A stretch of DNA of 64,000 bases from Escherichia coli (GTDB lineage: Bacteria; Pseudomonadota; Gammaproteobacteria; Enterobacterales; Enterobacteriaceae), in assembly GCF_003334385.1 (NCBI RefSeq), contig NZ_QOWN01000006.1. One strand, given 5' to 3'. This document shows, piece after piece, positions 46,421 through 59,510 of this stretch (positions are counted from its first letter, which is position 1; each line of letters starts with the position of its first letter). The notes under the pieces were generated by a model. It did not search any database. It was not told the DNA's origin and saw only the letters and a program-made list of their open reading frames with translations. Position numbers and translations under genes: made by a program.

Positions 46421-47086
46421 TTAATGCAGGCAGCACTGCTTAAATTTCTTACCACTACCGCACGGGCAAGGATCGTTACGCCCCGGTTTCTCTTCTGCTT
46501 TGATCGGTTGCTGAACAGCTTTTTCCTGCGGATGCGCCATCCAGTACGCATGTAGATCAAGCGCCGCCAGTCGAATGGCATCTACGCTCTCTTCAAACGC
46601 TTCTGGCGACATCTTTTCTACCCGCTCGAAGTTTTCCTCAGTACCGTGCAGCGCAATCGCCTCCAGCGCTGGTTTTAACGAATCGGGCAACGTTGACCAG
46701 TCAGAAAGTGCCACGCCCCGCATATAGCCAAAGCACCACTCCTCAACAATCGTCAGCTCGCTGCCATCAACTTCTCGCAAGCCGAATAACGGCTCAAACT
46801 GCTCCGGGAATTCGTTCAGACGCTCTGCGGTATCGGCCATATGTTGAAAAGCCAGATTCATAAAGCGCGTCATCTCTTTCTCTGACGCCCAGCGCGGCAC
46901 ATAGTCAGCCCCACCCCACACGGCAACCAGCCACTGTTCCGGTTCAATCTCTTGCGGAGAACTCAACACCGCCGTCAATAAACCGTCCAGCTCCGCCACA
47001 TCAAGGATGGCGTGGTCAGTGTTGTATTTGGTCAGAATATCGTCCAGCCATTCCAACTCACTTTCGTTTAACGGTCCCGTTTTCAT
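46421..47086 (-). CDS. yecA: UPF0149-family protein YecA with C-terminal SEC-C zinc motif
   Basis: 221-aa ORF ending [15 protein letters not shown]. Confidence 0.9.
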   Translation of the reverse strand: MKTGPLNESELEWLDDILTKYNTDHAILDVAELDGLLTAVLSSPQEIEPEQWLVAVWGGADYVPRWASEKEMTRFMNLAFQHMADTAERLNEFPEQFEPLFGLREVDGSELTIVEEWCFGYMRGVALSDWSTLPDSLKPALEAIALHGTEENFERVEKMSPEAFEESVDAIRLAALDLHAYWMAHPQEKAVQQPIKAEEKPGRNDPCPCGSGKKFKQCCLH

Positions 47087-47212
47087 ACGCTTTTCCTTGT
47101 GGATCTCAACTCGCCAGCACCTATCTTACATGCCGGTCCGTATCAGAGATACTTTTTGAGTGGCTTTGCTGGTGATTAAAAATTAAGGAGGGTGTAACGA
47201 CAAGTTGCAGGC

Positions 47213-47237
47213 ACAAAAAAACCACCCGAAGGTGGTT
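47213..47237 (-). terminator. Rho-independent terminator of the tRNA operon
   Basis: Minus strand: accaccttcgggtggt hairpin followed by ttttttt. Confidence 0.85.
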
Positions 47238-47281
47238 TCACGACACTGCTTATTGCTTTGATTTTATTCTTATCTTTCCCA

Positions 47282-47368
47282 TGGTACCCGGAGCGGGACT
47301 TGAACCCGCACAGCGCGAACGCCGAGGGATTTTAAATCCCTTGTGTCTACCGATTCCACCATCCGGGC
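47282..47368 (-). tRNA. leuZ: tRNA-Leu (anticodon UAA)
   Basis: 87-nt reverse-complement match to the leuZ sequence I recall (GCCCGGATGGTGGAATCGGTAGACACAAGGGATTTAAAATCCC...CCA). Confidence 0.93.
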
Positions 47369-47380
47369 TCGGGAAGAAAG

Positions 47381-47454
47381 TGGAGGCGCGTTCCGGAGTC
47401 GAACCGGACTAGACGGATTTGCAATCCGCTACATAACCGCTTTGTTAACGCGCC
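47381..47454 (-). tRNA. cysT: tRNA-Cys (anticodon GCA)
   Basis: 74-nt reverse-complement match (GGCGCGTTAACAAAGCGGTTATGTAGCGGATTGCAAATCCG...CCA). Confidence 0.93.
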
Positions 47455-47508
47455 AAATTCTTCAGGCCTTTCAGCCAGACATCCGCTTGACGCCGATGTC
47501 TTTTAAAC

Positions 47509-47584
<76 letters not shown>

Positions 47585-47735
47585 ATTCATCAAGCAATCA
47601 GTTAATCACTTGATTTTATTATCGTCTGGCAATCAGTGCCGCCGTTCGATGCGTTGCATTCTACTTACCTGGCGCGATGAGTCAACGATATTTTTCACCA
47701 CTTTTGATCGTTTGCTGAAAATTACGCCGAAACGA

Positions 47736-48284
47736 TCACTGATCAAGCAAATCTGCACGCGCAGCGCTCAAATATTGCAACATTGACCACAGAGTCAGTA
47801 CCGCAGCCACAAAGAAAAGTGCAATACCGGCGTACTCAACCCAAATGTTCGGACGCCACAGCAGCCATGCCAACGCCACCATCTGGGCAGTGGTTTTCAC
47901 TTTCCCAATCCAGGAGACGGCCACGCTACTGCGTTTACCCAACTCCGCCATCCATTCGCGTAGCGCAGAAATAATAATTTCACGGGCGATCATCGTTGCC
48001 GCCGGTAATGTCACCCACCAGCTGTGATAATGCTCGGTTACCAGCACCATGGCGATAGCCACGAGAACTTTATCTGCCACAGGGTCAAGGAAAGCACCAA
48101 ACCGGGTACTCTGGTTCCAGCGGCGTGCCAGAAAACCATCGAACCAGTCAGTCACCGCCGCGACGCAGAAAATGAGCGCGGCGGCAAACGGCGACCAGGT
48201 GACAGGCAGATAAAAGACCAATACAAAGAATGGGATAAGGATGACACGGAACAGTGTAAGCAACGTAGGGATATTAAATTGCAT
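47736..48284 (-). CDS. pgsA: CDP-diacylglycerol--glycerol-3-phosphate 3-phosphatidyltransferase PgsA
   Basis: 182-aa membrane protein with CDP-alcohol phosphatidyltransferase motif (DWFDGFLAR...G...DPVADK). Confidence 0.96.
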
Positions 48285-48340
48285 AATGACGGGTAACTAT
48301 CTGTTGTCAGTAAGATTACCCCTATGTTGCTACAGAGACA

Positions 48341-50173
48341 TCAATGTTTCAACGACCAGAAGATCTTTTCTGCCAGACCTTGCGAAATACCCGGCACTTT
48401 TGCAATTTCCTCGACGCTGGCGTTACGTAAACCTTGCAAACCGCCCATATATTTCAACAACATTTGCCGACGTTTTGGCCCGACGCCTTCAATGGTTTCC
48501 AGGGAACTGGTATTTTTGACCTTCGCCCGTTTTTTACGGTGCCCGCCAATCGCGTGATCATGTGATTCATCGCGAATATGCTGGATAACATGCAGCGCGG
48601 GTGAATCTGGCGGCAAACTAAATCCCTCACCTTCCGGCTCAAAGAACAGCGTTTCCAGTCCAGCCTTACGATCTGCTCCTTTGGCAACGCCAAGTAGCAG
48701 CGGATGATTTTTATCCCATGAGACATCCAGTTCGGCGAAGACATTTTTCGCCTGCGCAAGCTGGCCTTTGCCGCCGTCGATAAGGATCACATCCGGGATC
48801 TTACTGTCGTCAATGGCTTTACCATAACGCCGACGCAGCACCTGATTCATCGCCGCATAATCATCGCCCGGCGTGATGCCTGTAATGTTATAGCGCCGAT
48901 ACTCCGCACGCAGCGGGCCGTTAGCATCAAACACCACACAGGAAGCGACGGTTTGTTCGCCCATGGTATGGCTGATGTCAAAGCACTCCATCCGCTTCAC
49001 TTCCGGCAATTTCAACACGCTGGCAAGCGCGGTCAGTCGCTGGTGAACGGTAGATTGCTGCGAAAGTTTGCTGGTTAAGGCCGTCGCCGCATTGGTGCGC
49101 GCGAGTTTCAGATAACGCGCCCTATCGCCGCGAGGTTTGGTTTGAACATTAATCTTGCGTCCCGCCAGTTCTGAAAGGGAATCGGCGAGCAGCGTTTTAT
49201 CGCTAAGATTAAAATCGAGCAGGATCTCACCCGGTAAGGTGCGCATCTGGCTGCCTTGTAAATAGAACTGGCCTACGAAGGTTTCTACCACCTCGCTCAG
49301 TTCCGTACCGCCAGGCACTTTCGGGAAATAGCTGCGGCTGCCGAGCACTTTGCCCTGACGAATGAACAATACGTGGACACAAGCCATGCCCGCATCGAAC
49401 GCCACACCAATAACGTCGAGGTCGTCGCCGGTATTGGAAACGAATTGTTTTTCGGTGACGCGTCGCACCGCCTGAATTTGGTCGCGAATACGTGCAGCTT
49501 CTTCAAACTCCAGATTCTGGCTGGCAGTTTCCATACGACTAATGAGTTGCGTAAGCACCTGATCATCTTTGCCAGACAAAAACAGGCGCACATACTCGAC
49601 CTGCTGAGCGTATTCTTCTTCACTCACCAGTCCTTCAACGCACGGTCCCAGACAGCGCCCTATCTGGTATTGCAGACACGGACGCGAGCGATTGCGATAA
49701 ACACTATTTTCGCACTGGCGAATGGGGAAAATCTTTTGCAGTAGCGCCAGTGTTTCACGTACGGCATAGCCATTCGGGAACGGGCCGAAATATTCACCTT
49801 TGGCATGCTTCGCACCACGATGCATCGCCAGACGCGGGTGGGTATCACCACTCAGGAAGATAAAAGGATATGATTTATCATCGCGTAGCAAAACGTTGTA
49901 ACGCGGCTGATAGAGTTTGATGTAGTTGTGTTCCAGCAACAGCGCTTCGGTTTCTGTGTGAGTAACCGTTACATCAATTTGCTGGATCTGGGCGACCAGC
50001 GCTTCGGTTTTGCGCGAAGCGAGGTTGCTACGGAAATAGCTGGAAAGCCGTTTTTTCAGGTCTTTCGCTTTGCCGACATAGATAACCGTACCACCAGCAT
50101 CGTACATGCGATAAACGCCTGGCTGGCTGGTTACGGTTTTTAAAAACGCTTTTGCGTCAAACTGATCACTCAC
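48341..50173 (-). CDS. uvrC: Excinuclease ABC subunit C UvrC
   Basis: 610-aa ORF with N-terminal GIY-YIG domain ([18 protein letters not shown]). Confidence 0.97.
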
Positions 50174-50826
50174 TGACTTGATAATGTCTCCGCATTACAC
50201 AGACCATGGCGAATTGCCAGGTGAGTCAGCTCAACATCGCCATGAATGTTTAGTTTACTGAACATACGATAGCGGTAGCTGTTCACCGTTTTCGGACTGA
50301 GATTGAGCTGTTCTGAGATCTCATTGACCTTCTGGCCCTTGGTGATCATCAGCATAATCTGCAATTCACGTTCAGACAAACTGGCAAATGGGCTTTCTGT
50401 TTTTTCTGGTTCGATCTGGCTTAACGCCATTTGTTGAGCGATGTCAGAAGCAATGTAACGCTGCCCTGAATAGACAGAACGAATCGCACTCACGACTTCC
50501 TGCGGAGCCGCGCCTTTGCTGAGGTAGCCCGCAGCACCGGCCTGCATGACTTTCGCTGGTAAAGGGTTTTCTGTATGGACGGTAAGCATGATGATTTTGA
50601 CATCAGCTGTGGAACGCGCGATTTTACGCGTCGCCTCAAGACCGCCAATGCCCGGCATACTCATGTCCATTAGCACCACGTCAACGGCATTTGTCCGGCA
50701 CCACTTAACGGCGTCTTCACCGCACGATGCCTCACCGACGACTTTTATACCCTTTATATCTTCCAGAATGCGTCGTATCCCTGCGCGCACCAGTTCGTGG
50801 TCATCAACAAGTAGAACGTTGATCAA
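50170..50826 (-). CDS. uvrY: Response regulator UvrY (partner of BarA)
   Basis: 218-aa receiver plus LuxR-type HTH; stop overlaps the uvrC start by 4 nt. Confidence 0.97.
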
Positions 50827-51284
50827 AGGAATATCTCCAGAAATAGGGATAACGCTACTGATAGTTAGTCATTCGTATATTAGCGGTTTTTATTGCAACT
50901 TTGAAACGTTAAAAATGGTGGGTATTCGATTTTTCTCTCGTTTTTGTCAATTCGATTGTCCACAGTTATGGTCACGCCCGTCACCAACGGCTTACCGGAT
51001 CGTTTCACAGTAAGCCCTGCGACGAAATGTGACAAAAATTACCTTTATTCAGCAAAAATGAAAATCAGCCCGCTGAATATGTAACATTAATTAACCCGAA
51101 CAATACGGGCAAAAAACATTCATGATAAAAATATTTATTGGTCATTATATTAACGCATTTAATAGCACCGTTGACGATACGCTCAAAAAACAACCACTGC
51201 TATTTTTAGCAAAGCTTATGGTATACTCCGCCGCCTTAACATTTTTCACCGCAAATTTTCATTGCAACATGACGAGGAAAATAA

Positions 51285-51509
51285 ATGAGTACGCCTGATT
51301 TTTCTACTGCCGAGAATAATCAAGAACTGGCAAATGAAGTCTCCTGCCTGAAAGCGATGCTGACGCTGATGCTGCAGGCGATGGGACAAGCTGACGCGGG
51401 CCGCGTGATGTTAAAGATGGAAAAACAGCTTGCGCTGATCGAAGACGAAACCCAGGCTGCAGTATTTTCCAAAACGGTTAAGCAAATTAAACAAGCCTAC
51501 CGTCAGTAA
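51285..51509 (+). CDS. yecF: Uncharacterized protein YecF
   Basis: 74-aa ORF beginning [28 protein letters not shown]. Confidence 0.85.
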
Positions 51510-51512
51510 TAT

Positions 51513-51548
51513 AAAACCGGCTGATAGCGTGCCTTTCAGCCGGTTTTT
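51513..51548. terminator. Bidirectional rho-independent terminator between yecF and sdiA
   Basis: aaaaccggctga-tagcgtgccttt-tcagccggttttt. Confidence 0.75.
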
Positions 51549-51576
51549 GCATCTGGCACGCAGGACAGAAAAGAGA

Positions 51577-52299
51577 TCAAATTAAGCCAGTAGCGGCCGC
51601 GTAACAGGCAACCTGGGTCTTATTCGGTGCATTGATTTTTTTCTGCATGTTTTTCTGATGGAAATTGACCGTATTCTCAGAGATTGACAAAATCATCGCT
51701 ATCTCTGCTGATGTCTTCCCTTCCGCCGTCCATTTCAAAATTTCTTTTTCGCGCTTGCTGAAATTCATCTCTGGCGTCATCACTATTTCATCATTTAAAC
51801 GCATCAGAGCCATCAGACTTTCGCGCACCAGTAACTGCATTTTTAATTGCAGTTCATCACTAAGAATGGGTATTTCGCGCGCGCTGCTACGGGAAAAGGA
51901 CAAAAAGCCCAGCGCCCGGTTTGGCAGCATTAAATACTGAGTGACACCGCGGCGTAAACCATGTGCGCGCGCGGCTTCCCATAACGGCTGTGCTTCGCTG
52001 AATAAGTCATCATTCCACATTAAATGGCCCTGACTAAAGTTTTCAGGGTTCAGCACCGGATCAATTGCGAGAAAGTTTTTTGCCTGATAATAACTAACCC
52101 ACGCCTCAGGGTAATTGGTGTAGAAAGCCACTTTAGGTCGCGTGAATGGTACCGGGTGGCGAACACATAACGAATAGTAATCGTACTCTAGCTGCTGAGC
52201 CTGAAGCTCTATTTCATGGTAGACCTCTTCTGCGGCCTCCATCCTCTGAAAACGCAACAGCATCGTGCGACGCCAGCTGAAAAAATCCGTATCCTGCAT
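51577..52299 (-). CDS. sdiA: LuxR-family acyl-homoserine-lactone receptor SdiA
   Basis: 240 aa from ATG 52299 (MQDTDFFSWRRTMLLRFQRMEAAEEV); C-terminal LuxR HTH. Confidence 0.95.
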   Translation of the reverse strand: MQDTDFFSWRRTMLLRFQRMEAAEEVYHEIELQAQQLEYDYYSLCVRHPVPFTRPKVAFYTNYPEAWVSYYQAKNFLAIDPVLNPENFSQGHLMWNDDLFSEAQPLWEAARAHGLRRGVTQYLMLPNRALGFLSFSRSSAREIPILSDELQLKMQLLVRESLMALMRLNDEIVMTPEMNFSKREKEILKWTAEGKTSAEIAMILSISENTVNFHQKNMQKKINAPNKTQVACYAAATGLI

Positions 52300-52528
52300 A
52301 GTAAACCGCAACGCCCCTGAGAGTGAGTATCATTTATAATGATAATTCAAACTATCACATAAATAAGATTTATATATAATTTATATTATTCAGGCAATGA
52401 ATTACTTTTGCAAGCCATCGCATTCTCTTATGTTATTAATGAGTTATGCTGATTTGTTAAGCTGTTTTATCACGCTTGAAATGGCGTCCCGCCCCGACAG
52501 ATGAATCGTCGGGGCTGATTTTTTCTTA

Positions 52529-53281
52529 TTATTGCAGCAGAAACTTCTCGAGGAACTGGCGGGTGCGAGGCTGCTGGGGATCGGCAAATAACGCTTTTGC
52601 TGCCCCCTGCTCGACTATCCGCCCCTGGTCCATAAAAATCGCCCGGTCCGCAACATCCCGGGCAAAGCTCATTTCGTGCGTTACAATCACCATCGTGCGC
52701 TTTTCCTGCGCCAGCTGACGGATGGTGTTCAGGACTTCGCCCACCAGCTCTGGATCCAGCGCCGACGTTGGCTCGTCAAACAAAATCACCTCAGGACGCA
52801 TTGCCAGCGCACGTGCAATCGCAACACGTTGCTGTTGACCGCCAGACAAACGACGTGGATAGCTGGTTTCTTTACCGGCCAGCCCAACTTTCGCCAACAG
52901 CTCGCGAGCGCGCGCCGTGGCCTCTTCTTTCGGTTCGCCTTTGACGATCACCGGCCCTTCAATAATGTTTTCCAGCACCGTACGATGCGGAAACAAATTA
53001 AAGTTCTGGAAGACAAACCCGACGTGCTGACGCAACTGGCGAATCAGCGATTTTTGCTGACTTAATGAACGTGCAGTATCAATAGTGATATCGCTAACGG
53101 TGATAGTTCCCGCTTCCGGTTGTTCCAGCAGATTTATGCTGCGTAGCAACGTGGTTTTGCCGGAACCACTCGGACCGATAATTGCCACCACTTCGCCAGG
53201 CTTTACCTCAAGGTCGATACCGTGCAGCACCGTCTGACCGTGAAATTTTTTCACCAGGTTCTTAACTTCAATGGCACTCAT
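52529..53281 (-). CDS. tcyN: L-cystine ABC transporter ATP-binding protein TcyN (YecC)
   Basis: 250-aa ORF with Walker A GPSGSGKTT and ABC signature LSGGQQQR. Confidence 0.93.
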   Translation of the reverse strand: MSAIEVKNLVKKFHGQTVLHGIDLEVKPGEVVAIIGPSGSGKTTLLRSINLLEQPEAGTITVSDITIDTARSLSQQKSLIRQLRQHVGFVFQNFNLFPHRTVLENIIEGPVIVKGEPKEEATARARELLAKVGLAGKETSYPRRLSGGQQQRVAIARALAMRPEVILFDEPTSALDPELVGEVLNTIRQLAQEKRTMVIVTHEMSFARDVADRAIFMDQGRIVEQGAAKALFADPQQPRTRQFLEKFLLQ

Positions 53282-53946
53282 TTTGGTTCTCTCTCCTGGC
53301 GATTAAGTTGATTCTCAAAATGGTTCTGCAACGTCGATAATACTGTCGCCATGATCCAGTAGATGAGCGAAGCCGCCAGGTACATGGTGAACACCTCCAG
53401 CGTGCGCGAGGTAATCAACTGCGCCTGACGGAACAGCTCCGGCACCTGAATTGTCGCGGCCAGCGACGTATCTTTTACCAGGCTGATAAAGCTGTTCGAC
53501 AGCGGCGGCAACGCCACCCGCGCCGCCTGTGGCAAAATCGCGCGACGCATAGTCTGCCATGGCGTCATACCAATACTGGCAGCTGCTTCCCACTGACCTT
53601 TATCAATAGAAGAAATGGCGGCGCGCAGCGTTTCGGCAGCATAGGCGGCAGTGTTGAGCGACAGACCAATCATTGCTGACGGAATGGGATCTAATTCGAT
53701 ACCAAACTGCGGCAGGCCGTAATAGATCATAAACAGTTGTGCGATGAGCGGTGTACCACGAAAAATAGAGATATAAAAACGCGCCAGCCAGCGCACGGGC
53801 CAGATTGGCGACAGGCGCATCAGCGCGAGAATAAACCCGAGCAGTAAGCCAAAAAACATGCCGCCGATACTGAGTTGCAGCGTATACCCAGCCCCTTTCA
53901 GCAGGAACGGCAAGGAATCAATAACCAGTTGTATACTTTCTTGCAT
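53278..53946 (-). CDS. tcyL: L-cystine ABC transporter permease TcyL (YecS)
   Basis: 222-aa membrane protein; stop overlaps the tcyN start. Confidence 0.93.
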   Translation of the reverse strand: MQESIQLVIDSLPFLLKGAGYTLQLSIGGMFFGLLLGFILALMRLSPIWPVRWLARFYISIFRGTPLIAQLFMIYYGLPQFGIELDPIPSAMIGLSLNTAAYAAETLRAAISSIDKGQWEAAASIGMTPWQTMRRAILPQAARVALPPLSNSFISLVKDTSLAATIQVPELFRQAQLITSRTLEVFTMYLAASLIYWIMATVLSTLQNHFENQLNRQEREPK

Positions 53947-53960
53947 GAGCGTTCCCGGAG

Positions 53961-55852
<1,892 letters not shown>

Positions 55853-55939
55853 ATTCACCCCGAATGTTGTTATGTCTGTTTGCAGTGTAGAGCCATTGTT
55901 TGTAAACACAAAAACAACTCCGCTACATCTTATTCTTAT

Positions 55940-56491
55940 TTAATATATATCAGAAGAAGGCAGGCTGGAGGATTTCTGCACAAGTCCGGTACAGGTTTGG
56001 CGCTGATAGTGTTGATACTTCCGTAACGCGATGCGGTAATTGTTGGTGCTGGTGGTGGGCAGCCACGGGGCGAGGATTTCATCAAGGAAACCGTCCTGCA
56101 GCTGTTCGAGGGAAATATTTTGCTCGTGTAGATGATTCCCCAAACGGCGCAAACGAACGACATATTCACGCACCGTACCTGGGCTCATTTCAGTTTGCTC
56201 AAAAAGAAATTGCTTAAAGCCGATAATATCGAAAAAATCACTCTGCGTTTTGCAGTGTAAATCACCGCAAAATCGGCACAATGCCGCCCATGATTGTTGT
56301 TCCACTTGCCAGCCATTTTCATCAAGCAGCGTGTCCAGGCGGGAAATCTCGATTTTATTCACTATTTTGCCGTCGCGAACTAAGGTAATGCGATCGAGTA
56401 ATTTACGGCAATGCGCACAATGGGTCTGGCTGTGTTTAAAGTCTTTAAGATAGCGGCTTAATGGCCGTCTTTTCAGGTGCTGCACCATCAT
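55940..56491 (-). CDS. fliZ: Flagellar regulatory protein FliZ
   Basis: 183 aa from ATG 56491 (MMVQHLKRRPLSRYLKDFKHSQTHCAHCRK); downstream of fliA. Confidence 0.93.
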   Translation of the reverse strand: MMVQHLKRRPLSRYLKDFKHSQTHCAHCRKLLDRITLVRDGKIVNKIEISRLDTLLDENGWQVEQQSWAALCRFCGDLHCKTQSDFFDIIGFKQFLFEQTEMSPGTVREYVVRLRRLGNHLHEQNISLEQLQDGFLDEILAPWLPTTSTNNYRIALRKYQHYQRQTCTGLVQKSSSLPSSDIY

Positions 56492-56536
56492 TAAGAACTC
56501 CTGGTAGTCAAAGTTAAAGTGCGGCATTTACTGACG

Positions 56537-57256
56537 TTATAACTTACCCAGTTTAGTGCGTAACCGTTTAATGGCCTGGCTGTGTAACTGACTGACCCGC
56601 GATTCCCCGACCTCCAGCACCGCGCCAATCTCTTTGAGATTCAGCTCTTCCTGGTAATAGAGGGTTAATACCAGTTTTTCGCGCTCCGGCAGCGTTTCGA
56701 TAGCTTCCATCACCCGCTGGCGCAGATTACTGTCCAGCAGTTGTTGTAGCGGGTTTTCTCGCTGATGATCATCAGTAACCAGTTCGATGCTATCGCCGTG
56801 CTCTTCGCGCCACTCATCGTAGGAGAAGAGCTGGCTGTTATTGGTGTCGAGCAACATTTGGCGATAATCGGCAATATCGATCCCTAAACGTTCCGCTACC
56901 TCAGTTTCCGTGGCGTTGCGGCCAAGTTCCTGCTCCAGTTGCCCTATTGCCTGTGCCACTTCACGCGCGTTGCGTCGCACGCTGCGCGGCACCCAGTCAC
57001 GGCTGCGAAGTTCATCCAGCATAGCGCCACGGATACGCTGCACTGCGTAAGTTGTAAATGCCGTTCCTTGTAGGGCGTCATAGCGTTCGACGGCATTAAG
57101 TAACCCAATGCCGCCCGCCTGTAGCAGATCGTCAAGTTCCACGCTCGCGGGCAGTCGAACCTGCAGGCGCAATGCTTCGTGACGCACCAGCGGGACATAA
57201 CGCTGCCACAGCGAGTGTTTATCCATTACACCTTCAGCGGTATAGAGTGAATTCAC
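56537..57256 (-). CDS. fliA: Flagellar sigma factor sigma-28 FliA
   Basis: 239-aa ORF with sigma-70 region 2/4 signatures; recognised as FliA. Confidence 0.97.
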   Translation of the reverse strand: MNSLYTAEGVMDKHSLWQRYVPLVRHEALRLQVRLPASVELDDLLQAGGIGLLNAVERYDALQGTAFTTYAVQRIRGAMLDELRSRDWVPRSVRRNAREVAQAIGQLEQELGRNATETEVAERLGIDIADYRQMLLDTNNSQLFSYDEWREEHGDSIELVTDDHQRENPLQQLLDSNLRQRVMEAIETLPEREKLVLTLYYQEELNLKEIGAVLEVGESRVSQLHSQAIKRLRTKLGKL

Positions 57257-57281
57257 GATAAACAGCCCTGCGTTATATGAG

Positions 57282-57289
57282 TTATCGGC
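57282..57289 (-). promoter_or_regulatory. GCCGATAA sigma-28-type -10 element upstream of fliA
   Basis: Minus strand reads gccgataa about 25 bp upstream of the fliA ATG; no good -35 match found. Confidence 0.45.
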
Positions 57290-57379
57290 ATGATTATCCG
57301 TTTCTGCAGGGTTTTTAATCGGACGATTAGTGGGTGAAATGAGGGGTTATTTGGGGGTTACCGGTAAATTGCGGACAGA

Positions 57380-57402
57380 AAAAACCCCGCCGGTGGCGGG
57401 GA
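57380..57402 (-). terminator. Rho-independent terminator of fliC
   Basis: Minus strand: ccccgcc-accg-gcgggg hairpin followed by ttttttc. Confidence 0.8.
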
Positions 57403-57431
57403 AGCACGTTGCTGACAAATTACCATTCATG

Positions 57432-57524
<93 letters not shown>

Positions 57525-57575
57525 CATCAGGCAATTTGGCGTTGCCGTCAGTCTCAGTTAATCAGGTTAGGACGA

Positions 57576-59288
57576 TTAACCCTGCAGCAGAGACAGAACC
57601 TGCTGCGGTACCTGGTTAGCTTTTGCCAGCACGGAGTTACCTGCCTGCTGAATAATCTGCGCTTTCGACATGTTGGACACTTCGGTCGCATAGTCGGCGT
57701 CCTGAATACGGGACTGCGCTTCGGACAGGTTGGTAGTGGTGTTGTTCAGGTTGGTGACTGCGGAATCCAGACGGTTCTGCACGGCACCCAGGGAAGAACG
57801 GAATTTGTCTACGGATGCGATAGCATCGTCCAGCGCTTTCAGCGGATCCGTGGTCGCTTCAGATTTACCTGTAGCTTCAGTGGTCAGAGAGCCGTCAGCC
57901 GCTTTATACAGAGCCGCGCCGTCATCATCCAGAATATTGCCGTTAGCAAATTCGTGATAAGTTTCTGTGACAGTCTTGTTGGCCGCAGTCGTCAGTTCAC
58001 CCTCAGCACCAATATTTACGGTCGCTCCACCTGTAGTAGCAGTTACTGCACCATCAGCGGCAACGTCATAAGACTGTGCGCCGTTAGCTACGGTATAAGC
58101 CTGACCGGTTAACGCAGTGTTCATATCTTCGGCGGATACCGTCGCGCCCTTAATATCCACATTGTTGCTAACCTGGGTGAAGTCAACGGTCATGCCGCTG
58201 CCGAAGGTAATCTTCGCATCAACTGCATCATGACCATTCGCACCGTTGAAAATACCGTCCAACGTTGCCGCGGCTGGGCCGCCGGCCTGGTTTTTCGTCA
58301 GGTTACCGTCAGCACCAATGTATAAAGCATCGCCATTAGTATCCGTCAGGGTACCATCGCTGGCAATTTTAACTTCCTGAGCGCTACCACCGATGGAGAT
58401 CTGAGCCGTGTTATCGCCGTTTGCTGCATAGGCTTTCAGAACATCAGCAACTTTAGTTGAGCCCGCAGTACCATCACCATTAGTAAGTGCGGTTGCGTCA
58501 AATGAATAAGACTTGCTGGTTGCGTTGTAGGTATATGCAGTAGAAGCCGCTACGCCTAACCCATTGTTTGTGCCAGCATAACCGCTAATAGTGCTGCCGC
58601 CACTAACGCTAGCCAGCACATCGGTAGCTGTTGCTGCATTAAAGGTAGTAACAGTAGATTTAGTCCAGGTGCTATTGCCACTGACAACTGCACTTTGGGA
58701 GAAGCCCGCAGCGGTCAGATCTGCTTCAGTGGCTTTTGCATTATCAACAGCGCCTTTACCGTTGACGTTGAAGCTGGTCAGCTTCAGTGTAGAAGAGTCG
58801 ATTTTTTTCAGGTCAATCGTGATGGTTTCACCATCATTTGCGCCCACCTGAATTTTCATTGAACCGTCTTTGGACAACACATTCACGCCATTGAACTGGG
58901 TCTGACCAGATACGCGGTCAATTTCATCAAGACGAGATTTGATTTCGTCCTGGATGGAGTCCAAGTCAGAATCGGAGTTAGTACCGGTAGTGGCCTGAAC
59001 CGTCAGTTCACGGATACGCTGTAAGTTGTTGTTGATTTCGGACAGCGCGCCTTCGGTGGTCTGCGCAACGGAAATACCGTCGTTGGCGTTACGTGCAGCC
59101 TGAGTCAGGCCTTTAATGTTAGAAGTAAAACGGTTAGCAATCGCCTGACCCGCGGCGTCATCCTTCGCGCTGTTAATACGCAAGCCAGAAGACAGACGCT
59201 CGATAGAACTCGACAGCGCAGACTGGTTCTTGTTGATATTATTTTGAGTGATCAGCGAGAGGCTGTTGGTATTAATGACTTGTGCCAT
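57576..59288 (-). CDS. fliC: Flagellin FliC, 570 aa, central domain unlike the K-12 allele
   Basis: Conserved N-terminus MAQVINTNSLSLITQNNINKNQSAL and C-terminus ...QVPQQVLSLLQG; central ~300 aa rich in T/A/G/S/N/D and different from the K-12 sequence I recall. Confidence 0.96.
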   Translation of the reverse strand: MAQVINTNSLSLITQNNINKNQSALSSSIERLSSGLRINSAKDDAAGQAIANRFTSNIKGLTQAARNANDGISVAQTTEGALSEINNNLQRIRELTVQATTGTNSDSDLDSIQDEIKSRLDEIDRVSGQTQFNGVNVLSKDGSMKIQVGANDGETITIDLKKIDSSTLKLTSFNVNGKGAVDNAKATEADLTAAGFSQSAVVSGNSTWTKSTVTTFNAATATDVLASVSGGSTISGYAGTNNGLGVAASTAYTYNATSKSYSFDATALTNGDGTAGSTKVADVLKAYAANGDNTAQISIGGSAQEVKIASDGTLTDTNGDALYIGADGNLTKNQAGGPAAATLDGIFNGANGHDAVDAKITFGSGMTVDFTQVSNNVDIKGATVSAEDMNTALTGQAYTVANGAQSYDVAADGAVTATTGGATVNIGAEGELTTAANKTVTETYHEFANGNILDDDGAALYKAADGSLTTEATGKSEATTDPLKALDDAIASVDKFRSSLGAVQNRLDSAVTNLNNTTTNLSEAQSRIQDADYATEVSNMSKAQIIQQAGNSVLAKANQVPQQVLSLLQG

Positions 59289-59364
59289 GATTCGTTATCC
59301 TATATTGCAAGTCGTTGATTACGTATTGGGTTTCCACCCGTCGGCTCAATCGCCGTCAACCCTG

Positions 59365-59391
59365 TTATCGTCTGTCGTAAAACAACCTTTA
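59365..59391 (-). promoter_or_regulatory. Sigma-28 promoter of fliC
   Basis: Minus strand reads TAAAGGTT, 11-nt spacer, GACGATAA. Confidence 0.8.
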
Positions 59392-59483
59392 GAATTTTTT
59401 TCACAAACAGCCATTTTTTGTTAGTCGCCGAAATACTCTTTTCTCTGCCCCTTATTCCCGCTATTAAAAAAAACAATTAAACG

Positions 59484-59510
59484 TAAACTTTGCGCAATTC
59501 AGGCCGATAA
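59484..59510 (+). promoter_or_regulatory. Sigma-28 promoter of fliDST
   Basis: Plus strand reads TAAACTTT, 11-nt spacer, GCCGATAA, about 45 bp upstream of the fliD ATG. Confidence 0.85.
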
